Shown here: positions 30,310-40,450 of the stretch, piece after piece
Layout of the letters: the number at the start of each line of letters is the position of its first letter
Numbering within the stretch: the first letter of the stretch is position 1
IMG/VR virus record: IMGVR_UViG_3300019360_000008
Location: 18,883 to 82,882 of that record
DNA from: a virus
Length of the DNA: 64,000 nucleotides
Strand: one strand, 5' to 3'
Notes under the pieces: generated by a model
Databases searched by the model: none
The model's input: only the letters and a program-made list of their open reading frames with translations
Told to the model about the DNA's origin: nothing
Made by a program: the position numbers and the translations under genes

Positions 30310-30888
30310 ATGAGCGATATATCCCCCGAGACTGAAAACGTTGCGATCGAGATCCGCAAGCAGTTCCGCGCAGCCAAGGCACAACAGGCAGGTCGACCCT
30401 ACCGTCCTGGCGCTCGGTGGGACACGGAGGAGTTATGGCATCGCGCCGCGGAAGCCTGTATCGCCGCCAAAGCAGACCCGGCATCCTGGGTGCAATCAGC
30501 CTTCCTTTACAACAAAGTTCCGGGAGGTCCGTTTCCGAACCAGCTGTCCGGCAGGGCAGCCGCTAATTGGTATCAACAGGCCAAAACGGTCATATTGGGT
30601 GACGGTATGTCCGATCAAGTCGATCTGATGGAGGGGGCCGTAACTGATGCCATCAATGGGGCAATCATGCGCCACATAGCCGTCGGAGATCCACTCAAGC
30701 GAGTCCTGATGGCGAACTACTACCACGAGATAGAAGCCTGGACCCGCGTGGTCCTGGCGCCGGGGGACGAGGATATTCTTCGTGCATGGGGTCGTGCGGC
30801 CTATGCCGAGATCTCCAGGAACCCTCGACTCTGCGAGTGCCTGCGGCGACGAGGGTACGATTTAACCTGGGTAAAGAGGTACCAATAA
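30310..30888 (+). CDS. hypothetical protein preceding the replicative helicase
   Basis: 192 aa ORF ending 1 nt before the DnaB-like gene. Confidence 0.6.
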   Translation: MSDISPETENVAIEIRKQFRAAKAQQAGRPYRPGARWDTEELWHRAAEACIAAKADPASWVQSAFLYNKVPGGPFPNQLSGRAAANWYQQAKTVILGDGMSDQVDLMEGAVTDAINGAIMRHIAVGDPLKRVLMANYYHEIEAWTRVVLAPGDEDILRAWGRAAYAEISRNPRLCECLRRRGYDLTWVKRYQ

Positions 30889-30889
30889 G

Positions 30890-32347
30890 ATGGATGCAGC
30901 ACTCAAAACGCTGATTGACTCCAATCCCGGTTTCTTTGAGCGGCAGCTCATTGTCGGGATGGTTCAGAACCAGGGGTTCTTCCGCAAGACAAGTCCGTCC
31001 GTCTGCCCACTTGATCCGAAAACGCTGACCACTCGCCATGACTTCATAACGCGACGCTACAACTTCCTCATGCCGGTCTTGCACCTGGCTTGGGGCATGT
31101 TTGGAAGTGCCAGTGTGGCATTTGCACTTCCAAAAGAGCTTCTCTCGCAGTACATTATAGCTTCCGCAGAACGCGGTGTGCTTGCATCACAGCATGACGT
31201 TGCCCGCGAGCTGCTTGCCGACCTGGATTCTCTCTACCCGGCAGAGCCGCCCTTGCAGGCGTATCTCGATGGACTCGTAGGCGAGCCATTCGGGTACTGG
31301 CTCGACTGCCGGCTGGCCCGCACCACTACGGACCTGCTATTCAACCAGAGTCGCGCGCAGGTCGTCACGATGGCGGACCTACAGAAGGTGTTTGATACCG
31401 CGAGACGTAACCTGCCAGCCTCGAAAGATCGATGCATCTCTGCGGCTGATCTAATGCGCTCAACGATCAAGATGCGGCCTTGTGTGGCCGCGCATTCGCT
31501 GCCGATGCTCATGAAGGCCATTGGCGGGGGTTTCCGCGTCACTGAGACCACGATGGTCGCGGGGACGAACGGCGGCGGCAAGACCGTACTGGCTACCCAG
31601 TTTGCTCGCGACTTCGCCCTACAGGGTATCAAGACCGCATACGTGACCACAGAGCAGAAGCCGCAGGACATGCTGGCCCGGCTCATCTCCAGCCATCTGA
31701 CTGTCTCGTTCGAGAACTTCACGGCCAGGCCGGAGTTGATCAACCAGGCTCCCGACCAGGACATCGAGATCTCGGTGGTGCCTCCGTGGCTACTCACCGA
31801 CCATCGGTACGCTGACGGAATTGCCAAGTTGGGCGAGTCCTTGCAGAACCTTCAATTCATAGACTGGTCGGCCGGCTCAAGCCTGACCGTGACCGGGGAT
31901 CTCGTGCCCGAGATAGAAGGACTGCAGCGCAAAGGCTTTGATCCTCAAGTCATTATATTCGACTGGATCGGAGCGGCGCTTGATCACGGAATGCAACGCT
32001 TCGCGGAATTGCGACACCTGTACCAAATGGCGGCCGACGGTTTGATCAACTTCGGCAAGTCTCATCGCAAAATCGTGATCGTTATGGCCCAGTTCGACAA
32101 GGTTGCTGCCACCAACAAGGACAAGCCCGGTATGCGAGCGCTATCTGAGTGCAAGACAATGACTAACAACATAACGAACTTCGTCGGCATAACCTCCATG
32201 CTGGAAAACGGAGCCGGCGCCCGAGAGGTTTACCGCCGCAAGCAGTTCCTCTATGTGGAAAAGGCTCGCCTGGGGACAGGTGGTTCAATACCCGTGGAGC
32301 GCGATTTCAGTGTTCAGCGTTTCAAAGAGCTGACGCTTACGAACTGA
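30890..32347 (+). CDS. DnaB-like (SF4) replicative helicase
   Basis: Walker A AGTNGGGKT, YVTTEQ, Walker B IIFDWI, MAQF, KAR.G arginine finger. Confidence 0.8.
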   Translation: MDAALKTLIDSNPGFFERQLIVGMVQNQGFFRKTSPSVCPLDPKTLTTRHDFITRRYNFLMPVLHLAWGMFGSASVAFALPKELLSQYIIASAERGVLASQHDVARELLADLDSLYPAEPPLQAYLDGLVGEPFGYWLDCRLARTTTDLLFNQSRAQVVTMADLQKVFDTARRNLPASKDRCISAADLMRSTIKMRPCVAAHSLPMLMKAIGGGFRVTETTMVAGTNGGGKTVLATQFARDFALQGIKTAYVTTEQKPQDMLARLISSHLTVSFENFTARPELINQAPDQDIEISVVPPWLLTDHRYADGIAKLGESLQNLQFIDWSAGSSLTVTGDLVPEIEGLQRKGFDPQVIIFDWIGAALDHGMQRFAELRHLYQMAADGLINFGKSHRKIVIVMAQFDKVAATNKDKPGMRALSECKTMTNNITNFVGITSMLENGAGAREVYRRKQFLYVEKARLGTGGSIPVERDFSVQRFKELTLTN

Positions 32348-32350
32348 AAT

Positions 32351-32379
32351 TTGACATACCGTCAACGTTGGGCTACCTG
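32351..32379 (+). promoter_or_regulatory. promoter TTGACA-17-TACCTG with overlapping palindrome TTGAC-N5-GTCAA
   Basis: Palindrome at 32351-32365; ATG 8 nt after the -10. Confidence 0.5.
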
Positions 32380-32387
32380 TTAGATAT

Positions 32388-34067
32388 ATGAGCACGAGTG
32401 CTTTGAATCTACAGGGTAGCCTGACGTCGACGCGGCAAAACTTCGCGCTCACTCGTGCAACCGCACCCACTAATTCGACGCAGGATACCCATTCTTTACC
32501 AGAAGAGGTCTGTGATGTCCTGCCTAGACCCGAATACCGGAATGCAGTGTTCCAGATCTTCGAGAATAGCTTCGTCAAGAAGTTCGAACTCTACGTTGAG
32601 GCGCACCTGCATGACCGCGGCTCCAGGCCGTACTGGCACTGCTTGACGGTCATGAAGGCGATCCGGTTGGTAATGCGACTCAACCTAGATCCCTTCGACG
32701 GTAGTCTCAGATGGTCCGCGGCGGCTAAACGTTTCACCCAGGACGATACCGCGATGATCCGCCACCACGAGCTACTGGCTGTCTGCCACAAATTCAAGCC
32801 AGCGTTTACGATCAACCAGATGCGGCGTGCCCTTACGGTCCTGAAAGATTACGGGCTAATCTGGTCGTGCCCGGGGCGCCCAAAAGCGACTAGCCGGTTC
32901 GCCGACCAGCCCGGTACCGTCATGTACCTACGGGTCAACACGGGACGTCTGTCACGCGCCCTCCGGGGAGAGCTGACGCTGAGCCCGGTTCGCCTTTCTC
33001 TGAGGCCAGGCTTAAATGCGCCAATTGGCGCAACTGTTTTAACACTGGAGAGGATGACCAGTGAGATGGTGGCTGATGGGTCAAAAACATCAAAGACCGT
33101 TCCGGAAACTCAAGAGCCGGGGTCTGAGATGTCTGAAGACTTCCTTCCCTCATGGGCTAAAAGGAGAGGAGCACCCGCGTCTTCGCCGCGTCTTTCAACT
33201 ACCAAGATAGAACTCACGGAAGATGAAAAGCATTTGATCGAATTTATGACCACCACGGCTGGCCTATTTCGAGGCACCGACGGTTGGTCTCATGACTGCG
33301 GTGACATCAACGAGCTTACGGTTGCCCAGTTGGCCCGTGTGCGTCTCCACATGAAAGCCGGCCTTACCCTGGCCTTCATGAGGGACTATGCCGACTTTGT
33401 CATTAACATTAACGCTTCCAACAGCCCAGACGGGAAAGTTCCGTGGTGGGCTAACTGCACGATCGACTTCTTTTTGGCCGCGTTCCGCCGCATTCGTGCC
33501 GAAGCTCAACGACGTCGGCGCGAGATGATCTGCTTCCAGCAGGAGTTTCAGTCTATTGACATCGACAAAGAGTTCCTCCGGGACGTCCAGATCTACTGCG
33601 GCTTTACCCCGGGCGGCTCCGACGTGGATCTCGCGTCGCTCTCGCGCGGACTCGGCCATAACCTCTCATGCCCGGCGGCCTGCATTCCCGAGCAACGTCG
33701 CCTCTGGGACGAGCAAGACGCCTACAAGGGCATGGTGGCGGTCATTATGGCCTCCAGGATCCCGGGCGACACTTTGAGGTATATCGCCAACCAGACACGT
33801 CCCCAGGTGGTTGCATGGCTCAGGCGTAATCCGCATCAAGCCGAGCGGCTATGTAAGATTCCAAACTTTCGTTTCTGGTTTAACCTTCCGGATAAGATCA
33901 TGCTGCCTATTTTTCTCGAAGCCGCCCATAACGAATCAGCTCTCCGGGCCGGACGCGAGTTGTCGCGATGGGCCGTACGGCATGGGGAGCTGTCGACAAC
34001 CGATAAAGGTTTTAGTCCACAAGCTTACGTGCATCCTTACCCGACAGCAAAACTGAATGCGCCCTGA
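32388..34067 (+). CDS. hypothetical protein in the replication module (possible initiator)
   Basis: 559 aa between helicase and primase; wHTH-like TINQMRRALTVLKDYGLI segment. Confidence 0.55.
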   Translation: MSTSALNLQGSLTSTRQNFALTRATAPTNSTQDTHSLPEEVCDVLPRPEYRNAVFQIFENSFVKKFELYVEAHLHDRGSRPYWHCLTVMKAIRLVMRLNLDPFDGSLRWSAAAKRFTQDDTAMIRHHELLAVCHKFKPAFTINQMRRALTVLKDYGLIWSCPGRPKATSRFADQPGTVMYLRVNTGRLSRALRGELTLSPVRLSLRPGLNAPIGATVLTLERMTSEMVADGSKTSKTVPETQEPGSEMSEDFLPSWAKRRGAPASSPRLSTTKIELTEDEKHLIEFMTTTAGLFRGTDGWSHDCGDINELTVAQLARVRLHMKAGLTLAFMRDYADFVININASNSPDGKVPWWANCTIDFFLAAFRRIRAEAQRRRREMICFQQEFQSIDIDKEFLRDVQIYCGFTPGGSDVDLASLSRGLGHNLSCPAACIPEQRRLWDEQDAYKGMVAVIMASRIPGDTLRYIANQTRPQVVAWLRRNPHQAERLCKIPNFRFWFNLPDKIMLPIFLEAAHNESALRAGRELSRWAVRHGELSTTDKGFSPQAYVHPYPTAKLNAP

Positions 34068-34680
34068 AACACACCAACTCATCCTAGACCTCATCAGGCC
34101 CGGCATCAGTTCTAATGAGGCGCAGGTGGCCTACATGGCTTACACGGATTGGCTCTCACGGCACCCTGAAGAGGTCCTGGAGGTCTTGAAGCTCACCGGC
34201 TTGCCGGATTACACCGTGCTGGTCCTGGACGATGACGAGCAGGTCCGGCAGGCCGATCAGATTTTACGGGAGCAAGAGCAGCTTGATCGGGAGATCGACG
34301 AGTCCGGCGTATACGATTCGCCCAGACCCTACGTCGGAATAGATTTCAAGAAGGCTGCGCAGGAATGCCACGCAAAAGAGATTGCGCCGGCCCATGACGG
34401 CGCCCTTACGCCCGAGCAGGCCGATTTGGTCCAGAAGGGTAAGGCGATGTACTTGCCGTTCGGCAAGTTTGGTCCTCGGGGCGTCAAGGGTTACAAGACC
34501 ATCTATGAAATTTGGCTCGAAGAGCCTACTTACCTGGCTTGGGTCCATGATAATGTTGACCGCCTGACTCCTCTGCAGGATATGGTCATCGGCTTCTACC
34601 GCCAATACAAAAGCAATGCCACACAATCAAGAAACTACGTCGGCAGCGTCCCATTTCCAGGAACAGCGGGCCGGTGTTGA
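34057..34680 (+). CDS. protein with DUF3820/ExoX-C-like motif
   Basis: LPFGKF...KGYKTIYEI...EPTYLAW. Confidence 0.6.
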   Translation: MRPETHQLILDLIRPGISSNEAQVAYMAYTDWLSRHPEEVLEVLKLTGLPDYTVLVLDDDEQVRQADQILREQEQLDREIDESGVYDSPRPYVGIDFKKAAQECHAKEIAPAHDGALTPEQADLVQKGKAMYLPFGKFGPRGVKGYKTIYEIWLEEPTYLAWVHDNVDRLTPLQDMVIGFYRQYKSNATQSRNYVGSVPFPGTAGRC

Positions 34681-34903
34681 AGCAACGCTGCACTTTAATC
34701 TCTCAGATCCCGAGGCGGAACGCCAGCTACGGTTGATGTTGCAGGCTCGGGATTTATTGTTTACGCTGATTGATCTCGATGAGTGGCTGCGTAGCAAAAT
34801 CAAACACGGTACCGACATAGCTTCTTCCGAAGGTGCGCTTGAGGGCTGCCGGGCGCATCTGCACGAGCTGCTCGCGGTACGCGATATTTCCCTTCACGGA
34901 TAA
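34616..34903 (+). CDS. hypothetical protein
   Basis: 95 aa; ATL.FNL.DPE...LDEWLRSKIKH pattern common in phages. Confidence 0.55.
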   Translation: MPHNQETTSAASHFQEQRAGVEATLHFNLSDPEAERQLRLMLQARDLLFTLIDLDEWLRSKIKHGTDIASSEGALEGCRAHLHELLAVRDISLHG

Positions 34904-34905
34904 CC

Positions 34906-36078
34906 ATGCCTTCTGTAACCACAACTGACTCTATAGAGGTATCTTACGTTACTGATCGCCATCGAGAGATTGCAGCCAAGTTGTCGGTGATACACGGTAA
35001 AGTCAGGCTGGCGACAGAGTCCAATGGCGTTCATGCCTACATGGCCTCGCCGGCCTGCTTGGAGAAGTACGGCCGAACCGAGCTGGTCAAGATGCATTTG
35101 GCCGTGAATCTCGACAAATGGTTGCAAGGAGTTGATCTGTGCGCGATGTGCATGAAGAGCAATAAGGCGTACAAGGTCACCACCTTGCTGCGTTTACCTC
35201 CGCTCGAACAGCGCGGTATCCCCAACGTGTCTCCGGGCGTGTTTGAGGCCGAAACCAACCCTGAGTATCTGGAGCTGGACGCGAAGGGTAACCGGGTGCC
35301 GAAGAGTCCCGGTGAATGCCAACTACTCACCGATCTGGCTTCAGACCACCCTGCCGTAGAGTACTGCAAGTACCGCGGTTATGACCCATCTGAACTGGTT
35401 GCTCAGTTCCGCGCGTCATTTTGCTCAAAGGAGCGAGATGATCTGCACTGGCGCCCTTTGCCTGGTGGATTCGCTGCGACCCCTCAAGGCCGCATCGTCT
35501 TCTTCATGGATCAGTACGGTGTCCAGGTTGGCTGGCAGGCTCGCATACTGGAGATGGATCGCAAGTATGCGAAGTACTACCTTCATCCGTACGAAGGTCG
35601 GTGGGTGCCCGTACAACAACGCCTGACGCCCGAGCAGCCCTGGACCCTTATGGAAGGGTTCGACGGTTGGGACCCGGCGAAGTATCTGCTGGCATACGGG
35701 ACCAAGCGCAACGCCGCCGTTATGGGGCTAGACGCCGCCATTGCGTTCAATAAGCGGCACGGGTCCTCTTGGTGTGTACTCTGCGAGGGTCCGCTCGACG
35801 CCGCAAGGTTCGGAGCACCAGCCATCGCCGTCATGGGTAAGCACCTAAGCGAAATGCAGGCCAAGCTGATCTCTGACAACTTCAGCCAGGTGATCTTCGT
35901 CGGAGATAATGACGAGGCAGGTAAGTCATTACGCCAAAAGGTATTTGATCGTTTGGGTTCACATCCCGGGGTCAAACTCCTGTTAGCCGATCTGCCGGTC
36001 CGACTAAAGGATGCCGGCGATATGAAGCCGTTAGAAGCCAAATACTTTCTATGTCAGTCCCTAAGCAATATCAGGTAA
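34906..36078 (+). CDS. dnaG: DnaG-type DNA primase
   Basis: GRIVFF, GWQAR, KY, TOPRIM LCEGPLDA, GDNDEAG, KDAGD. Confidence 0.85.
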   Translation: MPSVTTTDSIEVSYVTDRHREIAAKLSVIHGKVRLATESNGVHAYMASPACLEKYGRTELVKMHLAVNLDKWLQGVDLCAMCMKSNKAYKVTTLLRLPPLEQRGIPNVSPGVFEAETNPEYLELDAKGNRVPKSPGECQLLTDLASDHPAVEYCKYRGYDPSELVAQFRASFCSKERDDLHWRPLPGGFAATPQGRIVFFMDQYGVQVGWQARILEMDRKYAKYYLHPYEGRWVPVQQRLTPEQPWTLMEGFDGWDPAKYLLAYGTKRNAAVMGLDAAIAFNKRHGSSWCVLCEGPLDAARFGAPAIAVMGKHLSEMQAKLISDNFSQVIFVGDNDEAGKSLRQKVFDRLGSHPGVKLLLADLPVRLKDAGDMKPLEAKYFLCQSLSNIR

Positions 36079-36524
36079 CGCTTTATGCGCAGGTTGCAGT
36101 TCGCACACAACCAGTTGAGGCTAAAACTCCTGAAGAGGCTTACACGATCGCCCTTGAAGTTGAGCCCTTCATCGATAACTTGTTCCGAAAAAACTTAGGC
36201 AACGGGCCTTTCGTTCTTTGGACAGAGTATGCTGGCGAGATCAACGGCGGGCTGGTTGACGTCGTCGGCGACGAACAGTACGCACAAACCGTTTTTCTGA
36301 ATACCTTTGGCAATCAGGAGGTTATCGAGAATGCGTGTCACTGCTCCTGTCCTGAGTTGACAGTGGCGGCTTCTAACCTCAGCATTGTCATGAGGTCTTT
36401 GGGCGATGACTGGTTGACGCGTAAACTTCAGTTCGCCCTCGACGAAATTCGAGATGTTGCTGCAGTCATAAGGAATCGAGACAATGAAGACGATAGAAGC
36501 AAACGGCAAGGTACTGCCAAGTGA
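36051..36524 (+). CDS. hypothetical protein
   Basis: 157 aa ORF. Confidence 0.55.
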   Translation: MSVPKQYQVTLYAQVAVRTQPVEAKTPEEAYTIALEVEPFIDNLFRKNLGNGPFVLWTEYAGEINGGLVDVVGDEQYAQTVFLNTFGNQEVIENACHCSCPELTVAASNLSIVMRSLGDDWLTRKLQFALDEIRDVAAVIRNRDNEDDRSKRQGTAK

Positions 36525-36837
36525 ACTCACCCTACTGTCCCGGCGTTGGAGTATTGCTTGGCAGAAGGGGCCTGTCGTTAGTCCTGACCTGGACGTCGTA
36601 AGTGGTATCTGCGATCCCAAAGCACACATACTCACGATTGACCTAGACCTGCCGGATGATGCATTGGCAGAAGTCTTGTTGCATGAATTGGGCCATGCGA
36701 TTCACTACATGCTTGAGCATGCTTCTATTGATCGTGAGGAAGAGGACATCGTTAACCTGAACGCGATGGTTCTCATTACCGTTTGCAAACAAAATCCGGG
36801 CTTCTTTGCCTGGATTGAGCGCATGGCAAACCCTTGA
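36484..36837 (+). CDS. small HExxH zincin-like protein
   Basis: VLLHELGHAI...EEDIV. Confidence 0.7.
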   Translation: MKTIEANGKVLPSELTLLSRRWSIAWQKGPVVSPDLDVVSGICDPKAHILTIDLDLPDDALAEVLLHELGHAIHYMLEHASIDREEEDIVNLNAMVLITVCKQNPGFFAWIERMANP

Positions 36838-36862
36838 CGAAGGGTTCGCCGTACGCGACTTT
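36834..36862 (+). promoter_or_regulatory. possible promoter TTGACG-17-GACTTT
   Basis: Same geometry as the other promoters (ATG 8 nt after the -10); weak -10. Confidence 0.4.
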
Positions 36863-36870
36863 GAGGTCGT

Positions 36871-39800
36871 ATGGCGAGTACCTTCAACTTCCAGAGCAAC
36901 TCCACGGCGTCCACTATGGCGCCAGAAGAGCAGGCTCGTTTTGATGCTGAACAAGCAAAGCTGAGTATCGGTCAGGAGATCGAATTTCTCAGCCGTCACG
37001 GTGAGCCTCTCAAGGAAGAGGACTACTGGTCTCAGTTCCCCGAACACCTTCGCGGCATTGCGCCGCCCACGTCGCTGGAGTTTGCTCACACCGGCATTGG
37101 CAGCTTGGACTGGGGAGATCGCTTCGGGAACAAGTTCCACGGACTCACGCTGCTGCCCACCTATCGGTTCAAGTCCGGCACTCCACATCGTCGCGTCGAC
37201 ATTCTGTTCGTGATGCCGTGCGTGCTCGATGCAGACATCGACAGCCGCTACAGCCCCGCGGCGATGTTGAAAGGTAAGGCGGCCAACCTGTTTGCCCGGA
37301 ACCTCGGACGAGCCGGGCTGGCTGACTGCTGCTGGGACTTCACCACTCTGGTACGCTACCCGACCAAATCCAACCGTCCCAAGTCTCACGACATCAATTG
37401 GGCCAGGCCGCTGTTCTACGCGGAGATCAACCGGCTACGCCCCCGCATCATTGTGGCGATGGGCAAGGCCGTGTTTGAGAATCTGTACACAGCGTTCAAG
37501 ATCAACCTACAGGACTTCCAGGGCGGCGTCTTCGACGTCGACGTCCCAGAGGTTTTACAGGACGACGAATGGCGCCCTAAGCTGATGATCATGGATCAGA
37601 TCTCCCTCACGTTCAGTCGGCCCGAGCTGATCGAACGCTGTCTGGTGGATCTAGACAACATCCGATACGAGCTGACCAAGCTAAAGGAACCGGATGCGAC
37701 GCGCGTCACGGACGTTAGGACCAACTACCAGGTCATCGAGACGGCTGAGTACCTGGGCAACTGGATCGAGGACATGCGGCAGAAGCAGGTGCTCAAGATG
37801 GCCGTTGACGCTGAGTGGGCCGGCAAACATTTCGTCGACGGTAAACTGCGCTCCTTCCAAAGCTGCTGGGAACCCGGCCAGGTCACGTACCTGAAGTTCA
37901 TGGATGACCAGGGCCGACGGGTCCTTCCTCTGCACCCAAAGCAGATCGGGGACATCATGCGCCCGGTGTTCGAGGCTCCTGGCTTCCAGTACATCGGTCA
38001 CAACTTCCCCGCTGACGCAGTCTGGATCGAGACCCACCTGGGCCTCAGTACTTACAGGCGGCTGTTCATGGACACGATGTTCGTGCAACAGTTGATCAAC
38101 GAATATGCCGATCTCAAGCTTGAACGTCTCGCCGTGCGCTATACGCGACTCGGTCGATACGATGTTGCTCTGCAGCTGTGGAAGAAAGAAAACGCCGACC
38201 TGTTCAAAGAGAGCGACGGTTACGGCGCGATCCCTGATAGACTACTGGTACCGTATGCCTGCAAGGACGTCGACGTCACGTTCCGGGTCCACCCGATTCT
38301 GCTCACTCAGCTGATCGCTCAGGGACCAAGGCTGCTACAGTACTGGCTCCAAATCAACCGTGGGTTCACGAGCGACTGCTACACCAGCAAGATGCTCACC
38401 GGGCTGCCGATCGACCAGGCGTACGCCGACAAGCTGCGCGAGGTCTATCACAGCAACCTGGCCTTCCTGCAGGACGACTTCAAGCGCCAGGTTGTTGCCG
38501 AGGCGGACGAAATGCTTCTCAAGTCACTCACACGCCACATACCCGGTGCCGCAGTAACCGTGCTGCAGATCCTCAACGTTCAACGCAAGTCCGGCATGCC
38601 TGCCCCTGACATGATCCGCTTTGCTCAGATGAGCGTCGGGTCCGGATGGTCGCAGGACGCCCAGCTACATGCCTGCTTGGAGCATTGGCTGGACATCGAT
38701 AACTTCAACTACAGCAGCCCCGACTATCTGCGACGATGGATGTTCCAGGTCAAGGGCCTCATGCCACTCAAAACCACCAAGAAGGACGGGGTCACGATGT
38801 CGTGGGAGAAGGTGCTGAAGCTCGATTCCGACAAGCAGAAGGACTATACGCCAGCGGCGGACAAGCAGACCATCAAGATCTATGAGAACCAGGACCCAAT
38901 GATCGCTTACGTGGGGCAGCTCAAGTCTGTCGCCACAATGTGCAAAACATTCTTGAGGGACAAGGACGAGGACGGCGAGGAGCGGGGCATACACAGCTGG
39001 ATCTGCTCCGACGGGGCGATTCATGCCAACTTTGCCTCAACCGAAACCGGCCGCCCCCGCACATGGAATCCCAACATCCTGAATTGGCCAAAGTCGGTGT
39101 CAAAGCCGATCGAACTGGCCTTCAAACGCGTGAATGCGGAACGGGCTAAAGCTACCCGCCAGCGTATGATCGACGACGCCGCCATGAACGGGCAGGAGCC
39201 CAACATGGCTGTGATCGAAGAGAAGGTCAAGGAGATACAATTCGCTCCGGTGTCACTCCGGTCGATGGTTAAAGCGCCTCCCGGCGAATGCTTCGTGGAC
39301 GCTGACTTGGTGACGGCAGAAGTGGTGGGCCTTGGCTACCTGGCTGGGGACAGGAACCTGATCGACGCTTGTGAAGCGCCTGACCAGCAGTTTGCCATCA
39401 TGCGCAAGACGGACGAGTCGGGCAACGTTAAGGAGAAGCCTGTTCGGATCTGCTACATCGAAGACATCTCACGTGTACCCAAGGACATGCAGGACGCGTC
39501 TCTCCTGGTACCAGAAGACCATCCGGATCTTGTACGCGAGAACAACAAGATCGTGCATCCCAAGCGGGACGTTCACTGGCAAATGGCCGAGTCATTCACA
39601 AAGACTCCGCGCGAAAAGCTCAACAAGGACACGCATCGTGGTGGCGGTAAGGTAGGAATGTTCTCTATTCCGTATGGCGCCAAGGCTCCTCTGATCGAAC
39701 GTAACATCGAGGTATTGACTGGTGTCAAGCCGGCAGAAGGAACCGGCGCCGCGATCATCACGGCCTATGAGACTAACTTCCCCGTCGCCACGCAGTTCCT

Positions 39801-40326
39801 TAACGAAATGGCCATGCTGCCGTCGGGCGACAGGCCAGAACTCATTGACCCGGGAACACCGCTTGGGTGTTACGACTCAGTATCAGGTCGCCGACGGCAT
39901 TTCAAGTACACTGAGATCAAGGACCTAGAAGGTCTTACCGAATGGGCCAAGAAGTCTATCTTGGATCCTATGACTCGCGAAGCCCGCAACTATCCTCTGC
40001 AGGAGATCGTTGCGGCCACAATGGCTCGCGCCCACATCTGGCTGCTGGACTATTACATCCAGCGTGGGATGAAAGCACGGCCGATGCTGTTGTTGTACGA
40101 CGCTTTGACGGTGCGCTGCCCCTTGGAGGAGCGGTTCATCGTCAGGGACTCATTGCAGCGATACATGTCGGACGAGAACGTCTGGCATGTGGCGCGATCG
40201 AACATGAGCTTGCAGTTTGATATAGAAGTCGACTTCACCATCAGGTGGGCGCTAGACCCAACTCCGGATCTGCGCAAGCTTCTGTACGACGAACAGCTGC
40301 TCAAGTTCGAATGTCCTCCCGTATGA
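36871..40326 (+). CDS. polA: family A DNA polymerase with N-terminal UDG-like domain and 3'-5' exonuclease
   Basis: UDG-like EINRLRPRIIVAMG; Exo I VDAEW, II GHNFPAD, III YACKD; TETGR, PNILN, motif A DADLVTAE, motif B R..GK...F...YG, NYPLQ, motif C YDA. Confidence 0.92.
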   Translation: MASTFNFQSNSTASTMAPEEQARFDAEQAKLSIGQEIEFLSRHGEPLKEEDYWSQFPEHLRGIAPPTSLEFAHTGIGSLDWGDRFGNKFHGLTLLPTYRFKSGTPHRRVDILFVMPCVLDADIDSRYSPAAMLKGKAANLFARNLGRAGLADCCWDFTTLVRYPTKSNRPKSHDINWARPLFYAEINRLRPRIIVAMGKAVFENLYTAFKINLQDFQGGVFDVDVPEVLQDDEWRPKLMIMDQISLTFSRPELIERCLVDLDNIRYELTKLKEPDATRVTDVRTNYQVIETAEYLGNWIEDMRQKQVLKMAVDAEWAGKHFVDGKLRSFQSCWEPGQVTYLKFMDDQGRRVLPLHPKQIGDIMRPVFEAPGFQYIGHNFPADAVWIETHLGLSTYRRLFMDTMFVQQLINEYADLKLERLAVRYTRLGRYDVALQLWKKENADLFKESDGYGAIPDRLLVPYACKDVDVTFRVHPILLTQLIAQGPRLLQYWLQINRGFTSDCYTSKMLTGLPIDQAYADKLREVYHSNLAFLQDDFKRQVVAEADEMLLKSLTRHIPGAAVTVLQILNVQRKSGMPAPDMIRFAQMSVGSGWSQDAQLHACLEHWLDIDNFNYSSPDYLRRWMFQVKGLMPLKTTKKDGVTMSWEKVLKLDSDKQKDYTPAADKQTIKIYENQDPMIAYVGQLKSVATMCKTFLRDKDEDGEERGIHSWICSDGAIHANFASTETGRPRTWNPNILNWPKSVSKPIELAFKRVNAERAKATRQRMIDDAAMNGQEPNMAVIEEKVKEIQFAPVSLRSMVKAPPGECFVDADLVTAEVVGLGYLAGDRNLIDACEAPDQQFAIMRKTDESGNVKEKPVRICYIEDISRVPKDMQDASLLVPEDHPDLVRENNKIVHPKRDVHWQMAESFTKTPREKLNKDTHRGGGKVGMFSIPYGAKAPLIERNIEVLTGVKPAEGTGAAIITAYETNFPVATQFLNEMAMLPSGDRPELIDPGTPLGCYDSVSGRRRHFKYTEIKDLEGLTEWAKKSILDPMTREARNYPLQEIVAATMARAHIWLLDYYIQRGMKARPMLLLYDALTVRCPLEERFIVRDSLQRYMSDENVWHVARSNMSLQFDIEVDFTIRWALDPTPDLRKLLYDEQLLKFECPPV

Positions 40327-40351
40327 GCGATTCCCTGGAACCGAAAGTCGG

Positions 40352-40379
40352 TTGACAGTCGGTCTCGCACCTGTATAGT
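40352..40379 (+). promoter_or_regulatory. sigma70-like promoter TTGACA-16-TATAGT
   Basis: Near-consensus hexamers in an intergenic region. Confidence 0.65.
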
Positions 40380-40381
40380 TG

Positions 40382-40450
40382 TAGCGGTCCTAGAACCTCA
40401 TGGCGCCCGGCGAGTACTGGACGCAACGGAGGAAGTCAGGATCACTGTAA
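40382..40450 (+). ncRNA. candidate structured RNA (long interrupted hairpin)
   Basis: Nested stems GCGGTCCT/AGGATCAC, CCTC/GAGG and GCGCCCGG/CTGGACGC directly after the promoter; no sizeable ORF. Confidence 0.35.
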
